Positions 58,800 through 64,000 of a stretch of DNA of 64,000 nt are shown here, one piece after another. Origin of the DNA: an uncultured candidate division Zixibacteria bacterium (GTDB taxonomy: Bacteria > Zixibacteria > MSB-5A5 > GN15 > FEB-12). The DNA is taken from the NCBI GenBank assembly GCA_963806185.1, contig CAWDXE010000001.1, forward strand, positions 704,001 to 768,000, in the 5' to 3' direction. Both the position numbers and the translations under genes were made by a program. Under the pieces are notes generated by a model. That model worked only from the letters and a program-made list of their open reading frames with translations, was not told the DNA's origin and ran no database searches. Numbering within the stretch: position 1 is the stretch's first letter; the number at the start of each line of letters is the position of its first letter.

Positions 58800-59177
58800 C
58801 GTGGCGCACGTCTCGTGCGCCACGTTGTCCTTTTCCCCTGCCACATCATCACAAATCGTCATGCTGAAGCCGATTCAAATCGGCCTTCAGCATCTGCGTG
58901 TCCACCGAACTTTCGAACATGTCATTGAGAGGCTCACTTCCCCATAGATGTCATTGCGAGGCGCGCTTCGCGCCGTGGCAATCTTTCAGTTCACTTCACG
59001 TTGTCCGTCACCCTTCGCCTCCGCTCAAGATGAACTACGTCGAAGTGCGACTGTACAATTGCTTCCCCGCCCTCACCCCAACCCTCTCCCTGAAGGGAGA
59101 GGGAGCATAGATGCGTACCCCAGAGGTCACCGATTGACGAAGTGTATCTTGAGCAAAGCCGAAGGGCTCAGGCTGAC
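58800..59177. repeat. Cluster of several distinct palindromic REP-like elements between convergent genes
   Basis: Hairpins at 58800-58824, 58857-58895, 58950-58984 (related to copies A-C) and 59070-59104, plus an inverted pair at 59011-59031 / 59146-59166. Confidence 0.75.
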
Positions 59178-59212
59178 ACAAGTGAATTCAACTTTAGCTT
59201 GAGAATGGGAAA

Positions 59213-60244
59213 TTAGAACCCAATATGCAGCGCTTTGATCAGGTAGAAACACCCCGCTGCAATCAACCCCGCCGCCGGAATCGTCAAAAGCCACGCCCAC
59301 ACGATGCGTTCCGCTACACCCCACTTGATTCCCGATAACTTCGTAGTACTGCCAACACCGATAATGCCGCCCGTTATCGTGTGCGTTGTGGAAACCGGAA
59401 TACCAAAATGAGTGGCACCGAAAAGCGTGAGTGCCCCGGCGGTCTCAGCACAAAAGCCGCCCACCGGCTTCAGCTTCGTGATCTTCATTCCCATCGTCTT
59501 GACTATCCGCCAGCCGCCCAATGCCGTGCCGACACCCATCGCCGCGTGACACGATAAAATGATCCAAAGCGTGTTCCACTCGGTGAGCGAAAGCTGGGTC
59601 CCTGGCCGCATCATGCCCCCGGCAATGAGCAGGGCCATGATAATGCCCATCGTCTTCTGCGCATCATTGCCGCCATGTCCCAACGAATATAGAGCCGCGG
59701 AGAATAACTGTGCCTTGCGAAATATCTTGTCTACTTCGGTCGGACGATACCTCCTGAACAGCCAATAAACTCCCACCATAATGGCGAAACCGAGCACCAG
59801 TCCAATGAGCGGCGCGAGCGGAATAAACTTGACCGTCTTCCAGATATTCTCCCAGTGAATGACGTCCATCCCCTTGTAGGCAAGACCGGCCCCGGCCACG
59901 CCGCCGATCAGCGCGTGCGACGAACTGGTCGGCAAGCCAAGCCACCAGGTGATCAGATCCCAGACTACTGCCCCCAACAATCCCGCGAGTACAACATACA
60001 CGTACACCGTGTCGGTGCCGTCTATCTGTACAATCTTCGCAATCGTATCGGCTACACGTGGCGCAAAGATGAACATCGCCACAAAGTTGAAAAATGCCGC
60101 CCACAGCACCGCCACACGCGGGCTGAGCACGCGCGTCGAGACAACTGTTGCTATCGAATTGGCCGCATCGTGAAACCCGTTGATCACGTCAAAAACCAGC
60201 GCGACGCCGACTGTACAAACGACTACAATCTCAACGGAACTCAT
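59213..60244 (-). CDS. pit: Inorganic phosphate transporter, PiT family
   Basis: 'NGFHDAANSIATVVST', 'GLPTSSSHALIGG', 'HGGNDAQKTMG' and 'GIPVSTTH'. Confidence 0.95.
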   Translation of the reverse strand: MSSVEIVVVCTVGVALVFDVINGFHDAANSIATVVSTRVLSPRVAVLWAAFFNFVAMFIFAPRVADTIAKIVQIDGTDTVYVYVVLAGLLGAVVWDLITWWLGLPTSSSHALIGGVAGAGLAYKGMDVIHWENIWKTVKFIPLAPLIGLVLGFAIMVGVYWLFRRYRPTEVDKIFRKAQLFSAALYSLGHGGNDAQKTMGIIMALLIAGGMMRPGTQLSLTEWNTLWIILSCHAAMGVGTALGGWRIVKTMGMKITKLKPVGGFCAETAGALTLFGATHFGIPVSTTHTITGGIIGVGSTTKLSGIKWGVAERIVWAWLLTIPAAGLIAAGCFYLIKALHIGF

Positions 60245-60246
60245 GC

Positions 60247-60876
60247 TTAGGAAGCCTCAATGACAATACCCGATACAATGTTTGCCACTTCCTCACAACG
60301 GTCGGTGGCCCGCTCCAGCCGTTCAAAAATCTCTTTCCACTTGATCACCATCACCGGGTCCTTTTCTTCCTTGAACAGATGACCCAGGGCCGCCCGAAGA
60401 ATCTGGTCCGCCTGATTTTCCGCTTCGTAGACGGCTATGCAGTGTTTTTGTACCACCGAGCCGTCCTTATTGATCGAATCAAGATGGGTGATCGCACCAT
60501 CGATCTCCGTCGCGGCTCTCACCAGTGCCTCGGTAAACTGCTTGAACTCCGGCCTTACTTTCGACATCTCGTACAACGCCATGCGCGACGCCACCGAGTC
60601 GACCGAATCGACAATGTCATCCAGACGTTTGATCAGCCGATGAATATCAGAGCGATCGATCGGCGTGATAAACGTCCGGTGCAACGCGCCGATACACTCA
60701 CGCGTGATGTCGTCCGCCTGGTGTTCAATCTCTTTGATCCGATCCGCCCGGCGACCCATTTCACCTGGATTCGCCGCAAACGAATCAAGCTCCCGACAGG
60801 CCTCAATCGTTATCTTGGTGTGTCTCTGGAAATAGCCGAAAAAACTCGTTTCCCTGGGCAGCAGGCTCTTGAACAT
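60247..60876 (-). CDS. DUF47 family phosphate transport regulator
   Basis: 'EHQADDIT...L..TFITPIDRSDI' and 'WKEIFERLE.ATD.CE'. Confidence 0.92.
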   Translation of the reverse strand: MFKSLLPRETSFFGYFQRHTKITIEACRELDSFAANPGEMGRRADRIKEIEHQADDITRECIGALHRTFITPIDRSDIHRLIKRLDDIVDSVDSVASRMALYEMSKVRPEFKQFTEALVRAATEIDGAITHLDSINKDGSVVQKHCIAVYEAENQADQILRAALGHLFKEEKDPVMVIKWKEIFERLERATDRCEEVANIVSGIVIEAS

Positions 60877-60878
60877 GG

Positions 60879-61577
60879 TTACTCCTTCGTTTCCTTCCGG
60901 CCGGACTGACCATTTGGCTGGCGCTTCCCGTGACGGACAATGTCGCCCTCAACAAGATATATCACGTCTTCGGCGATATTGGTGGCATGGTCAGCCACCC
61001 GTTCGAAGTTGCGCGACACCGCCAGTAGTTGTATAAAGAACCGCACTCGCGACGGATCGTGCAAAATACCGTCCTGTACCTGCTGATACATCTGGCGATG
61101 AATCGCATCGATCTCATCATCAGCCGGTAATACTCGATAGGCCTTGGCCACATCGATATCGACCAGCGCGTCGATCGCCAGCCGCAACATCGTCTGCACC
61201 TTCTTGGCCATGGTCAGAAAGTCAAATGCGGTCTCGGCCGGCGCCTCGGTCGCCAACACCGCCGTCCGTTCGGCGATATTCACCGCCAGATCGCCGATGC
61301 GCTCAAGATCGTTATTGATCTTCATGACCGCGATGATATACCGCAGATCTCCCGCCACGGGCTGATGAAGCGCAAGTACCTTGAGACACTCTTCTTCGAT
61401 CTCAACCTCGCGTGCATCTATCTCACGGTCTTGTTCGATTACTTTGTTGGCCAGGGGGACATTTCGATCGGCGATGGACGTGACCGCCATGTGCAGAGAT
61501 TCCTCGACATAGGCGCTGAGCGACAATATAGATTTCTTCAGAAGCTCGAATTCACGTTCCAGATGTCGCGCCATCAT
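60879..61577 (-). CDS. phoU: Phosphate signalling complex protein PhoU
   Basis: 'LALHQPVAGDLR', 'DLERIGDLAVNIA' and 'ERVADHATNIAEDVIY'; AAGGAG RBS before ATG 61577. Confidence 0.95.
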   Translation of the reverse strand: MMARHLEREFELLKKSILSLSAYVEESLHMAVTSIADRNVPLANKVIEQDREIDAREVEIEEECLKVLALHQPVAGDLRYIIAVMKINNDLERIGDLAVNIAERTAVLATEAPAETAFDFLTMAKKVQTMLRLAIDALVDIDVAKAYRVLPADDEIDAIHRQMYQQVQDGILHDPSRVRFFIQLLAVSRNFERVADHATNIAEDVIYLVEGDIVRHGKRQPNGQSGRKETKE

Positions 61578-61761
61578 GCCACTCCTTGTCGAGGCGTTGC
61601 GGCGAATATAACGAGACACCCGGCAGGGGTAAAATGAATTCCTCACTCCGCTAAAACAATGTCCGAATGTGTAAATCGTGTGGATAACCCGGAGAAAGTC
61701 GACTGCCGCCGACAACGCCAATATCAACTATGCCGTAAGAACTTACGACCGGATGGCCGGG

Positions 61762-62688
61762 TCAAACGGAGACTTTCGTTTTCGTCGGCAGGTTGAGTCC
61801 TGAGAGGACCAGACCGGCAAAGATGAACGATCCGCCGATGGCTCCCTGACGAGTGAACACTTCCCCTCCCACCGTCCAGGCAAAAATCGCGGCAAACACC
61901 GGTTCGAGCGCAAAAATCAGCGATACGCGAAGCGGTGAGGTGAGCTTCTGGGCAAACATTTGAATGACGAATGCGGACAGCGTCGGCAACAACGCCAGAA
62001 AGATCACCGCCCACCAGGTGGCACCATTCGCCACACCGAAAGACCTTCCGGTCGCGGCGCTCATGATGATACTGAAAACGCCTACCAGCAGAAACTGCTG
62101 ACAGCTTATCCGGATCGGGTCCAATCCCCCTTTCATGAACCTATCGGAGTACAGCAAGTGCAGCGCATACGTCATTGCGGAAATCAACGTCAGGGCATCG
62201 CCAAAATTTATCTCGCGCAACCCCCCGGTGAGCACCCATAGTCCGGACAGCGAAACGACTGACGCGATCAGCTCCATGACGGTGGGTCGCGACTTGAATA
62301 TGGTGATGAGGAAAATCGGCACGAACAGGACAAACAGACCGGTGATGAAACCGGAATTGGCGGCCGTCGTATATTTCAGCCCTACTGTCTGCGACGCATA
62401 CAGCCCCCACAGGATGACCGAGAGGGCCAGCCCTTTGCCGAAGTCTTTGAAGAGTGATTGACGTTTGATAATCAACCAGACCAGCAGCACCGAACCGGCC
62501 ATGAGAAAGCGGTAGCCAACCATGGTGATCGGATCGATTCCCGCAAGTGCACCTTTGACAATAACAAAGGTTGCTCCCCAGATCAGTGCTGCATAGAGCA
62601 ATCCGGCATCGGCCCACCATGCCAGTCGCCGATGGCGAGTATTGACCTGAGCATCAGTTACCATGTCGTCATTCAACTCTCCACTCAC
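61762..62688 (-). CDS. DMT/EamA family transporter
   Basis: 'LIWGATFVIVK', 'QTVGLKYTTAANSGFITGL' and 'LIFALEPVFA'. Confidence 0.92.
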   Translation of the reverse strand: MSGELNDDMVTDAQVNTRHRRLAWWADAGLLYAALIWGATFVIVKGALAGIDPITMVGYRFLMAGSVLLVWLIIKRQSLFKDFGKGLALSVILWGLYASQTVGLKYTTAANSGFITGLFVLFVPIFLITIFKSRPTVMELIASVVSLSGLWVLTGGLREINFGDALTLISAMTYALHLLYSDRFMKGGLDPIRISCQQFLLVGVFSIIMSAATGRSFGVANGATWWAVIFLALLPTLSAFVIQMFAQKLTSPLRVSLIFALEPVFAAIFAWTVGGEVFTRQGAIGGSFIFAGLVLSGLNLPTKTKVSV

Positions 62689-62697
62689 AATCGCTGA

Positions 62698-64000
62698 TTA
62701 TCCCCGCCGGCCGCCGAACAGTGATCCCAGAACTCCGCGTACCAGCGAGCGGCCCAACTGACTGCCGACCGATCGCATCGTGCTCTTGGCAAACGCCTCC
62801 ATCGACGTATCCGCCGTTCTCCCTCGGGAGGTCTGGCCCGCTCGACCGACCATACGCTCTGTTTCCGCCTCCGGCTCCTTCAGTGCCTGTTCCGCACGCA
62901 CCTTCAAAAGCTCGTAGGCCGACTCGCGATCGACACCCTTCTCATAGTGACCGAAGATTCCTGACTGTCCGATAATCTCCTGTCGTTGATCCGATGTGAT
63001 CGGGCCGATCTGACTGTATGGCGGCAACATGTAAGCCGCGTCGACAACTCCGGGACTGCCTTTATCGTCGAGAAACGACACCAGCGCCTCGCCGATCTCC
63101 AGCTCAGTGATCTTTCGTTCGACATCCAGTTTCGGATTGGTGCGAAATGTCTGAGCGGCCGCCTTCACCGCCTTCTGATCGCCGGGTGTGAACGCACGAA
63201 GGGCATGCTGTACTCGGTTGCCGAGTTGAGCGAGAACCGTCTCGGGAATATCCAGCGGATTCTGTGTGACAAAAAAGATCCCCACCCCTTTCGATCGGAT
63301 CAACCGCACCACCTGCTCGATCTTCTCGAGCAGTGGTTTCGGCGCATCCGTAAACAAGAGGTGCGCCTCGTCAAAGAAGAACACCAGCTTCGGCTTGTCC
63401 ACGTCGCCTACTTCCGGCAACCGCTCAAACAACTCCGCCAACAACCAGAGTAGAAACGTGGAATACAACTTCGGCGACTGCATCAGCCTGTCCGCCGCCA
63501 GCACATTTACAATGCCTTGTCCCTTGGCGTCCGTCTGTATCAGATCATCGAGGTTGAGCGCCGGTTCACCGAAGAACTGATCCCCCCCTTGTTCCTCAAT
63601 TGCTACCAGACCGCGTTGAATCGCCCCGATACTTGCCGCTGAAATATTGCCATATTCAGTCGTGAACTGCTTGGCGTTCTCACCCGCATATTTGAGCATT
63701 GCCTGGAGATCCTTGAGATCGAGCAGGAGCAGTCCGTTGTCATCGGCAATCTTGAACACCAGACTCAAAACGCCGCTTTGAGTTTCGTTCAGATTTAGTA
63801 ATCGTGACAGTAGCAGCGGCCCCATGTCCGACACGGTGGCCCGCACCGGGTGCCCCTGCTTGCCGAAAAGGTCCCAGAACACAACTGTGCGACCGGCATA
63901 CTCATGCTGCGTGATGCCGAGTTTCTCCAACCGCGCGACAATCCTCGGCGATGCGGTACCCGGCTTACTGATGCCGGAAAAATCCCCTTTGACGTCAGCC
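62698..64000 (-). CDS. HerA-like ATPase YjgR/DUF853 (5' end outside the window)
   Basis: Frame is open to the window edge ('ADVKGDFSG'); '[12 protein letters not shown]', Walker B 'FFDEAHLLF', '[15 protein letters not shown]' and '[14 protein letters not shown]'. Confidence 0.92.
   Translation of the reverse strand, partial: ADVKGDFSGISKPGTASPRIVARLEKLGITQHEYAGRTVVFWDLFGKQGHPVRATVSDMGPLLLSRLLNLNETQSGVLSLVFKIADDNGLLLLDLKDLQAMLKYAGENAKQFTTEYGNISAASIGAIQRGLVAIEEQGGDQFFGEPALNLDDLIQTDAKGQGIVNVLAADRLMQSPKLYSTFLLWLLAELFERLPEVGDVDKPKLVFFFDEAHLLFTDAPKPLLEKIEQVVRLIRSKGVGIFFVTQNPLDIPETVLAQLGNRVQHALRAFTPGDQKAVKAAAQTFRTNPKLDVERKITELEIGEALVSFLDDKGSPGVVDAAYMLPPYSQIGPITSDQRQEIIGQSGIFGHYEKGVDRESAYELLKVRAEQALKEPEAETERMVGRAGQTSRGRTADTSMEAFAKSTMRSVGSQLGRSLVRGVLGSLFGGRRG

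Noticed and set aside
61620..61700. Pho box upstream of phoU
   Set aside because: The ACAC/ACAT repeats are not at consistent 11-bp spacing.

Overview
This is a 64 kb window of moderately GC-rich bacterial chromosome. Several secreted proteins carry FlgD-Ig/T9SS-like 'NYPNPFNP' C-terminal sorting domains, cohesin/dockerin-like modules or a FISUMP domain. That suggests an FCB-superphylum organism such as a Zixibacteria-like lineage (inference, not verified). Main contents: (i) a tightly coupled six-gene minus-strand operon (3940-18261) encoding a 2653-aa surface protein, a PorV/PorP-like barrel fused to TPRs, a HAMP-PP2C (SpoIIE) phosphatase, a STAS-RsbW fusion, a STAS protein and a GAF/PAS histidine kinase, preceded by a near-perfect sigma28-type promoter; (ii) an OPT transporter, typA, GNATs, DinB and a nitronate monooxygenase-like gene; (iii) a cusCBA-like cluster with a frameshifted OMF and a CusA carrying a Met/Gly-rich insertion, preceded by an uncharacterised lipoprotein and a CxxCxC beta-barrel; (iv) a 2165-aa Cys-rich VWA/Ig-repeat/cohesin/dockerin-like protein and a GH5; (v) an SPFH + ribbon-helix-helix pair with a candidate operator; (vi) a small GIY-YIG nuclease bracketed by REP-like inverted repeats, plus a nearby mosaic of palindromic repeats; (vii) a DEAD-box helicase, phoU-DUF47-pit, a DMT transporter and a truncated YjgR/HerA-like ATPase. 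No rRNA, tRNA, CRISPR array or transposase was recognised. All functional calls come from motif recognition by eye, not database searches.
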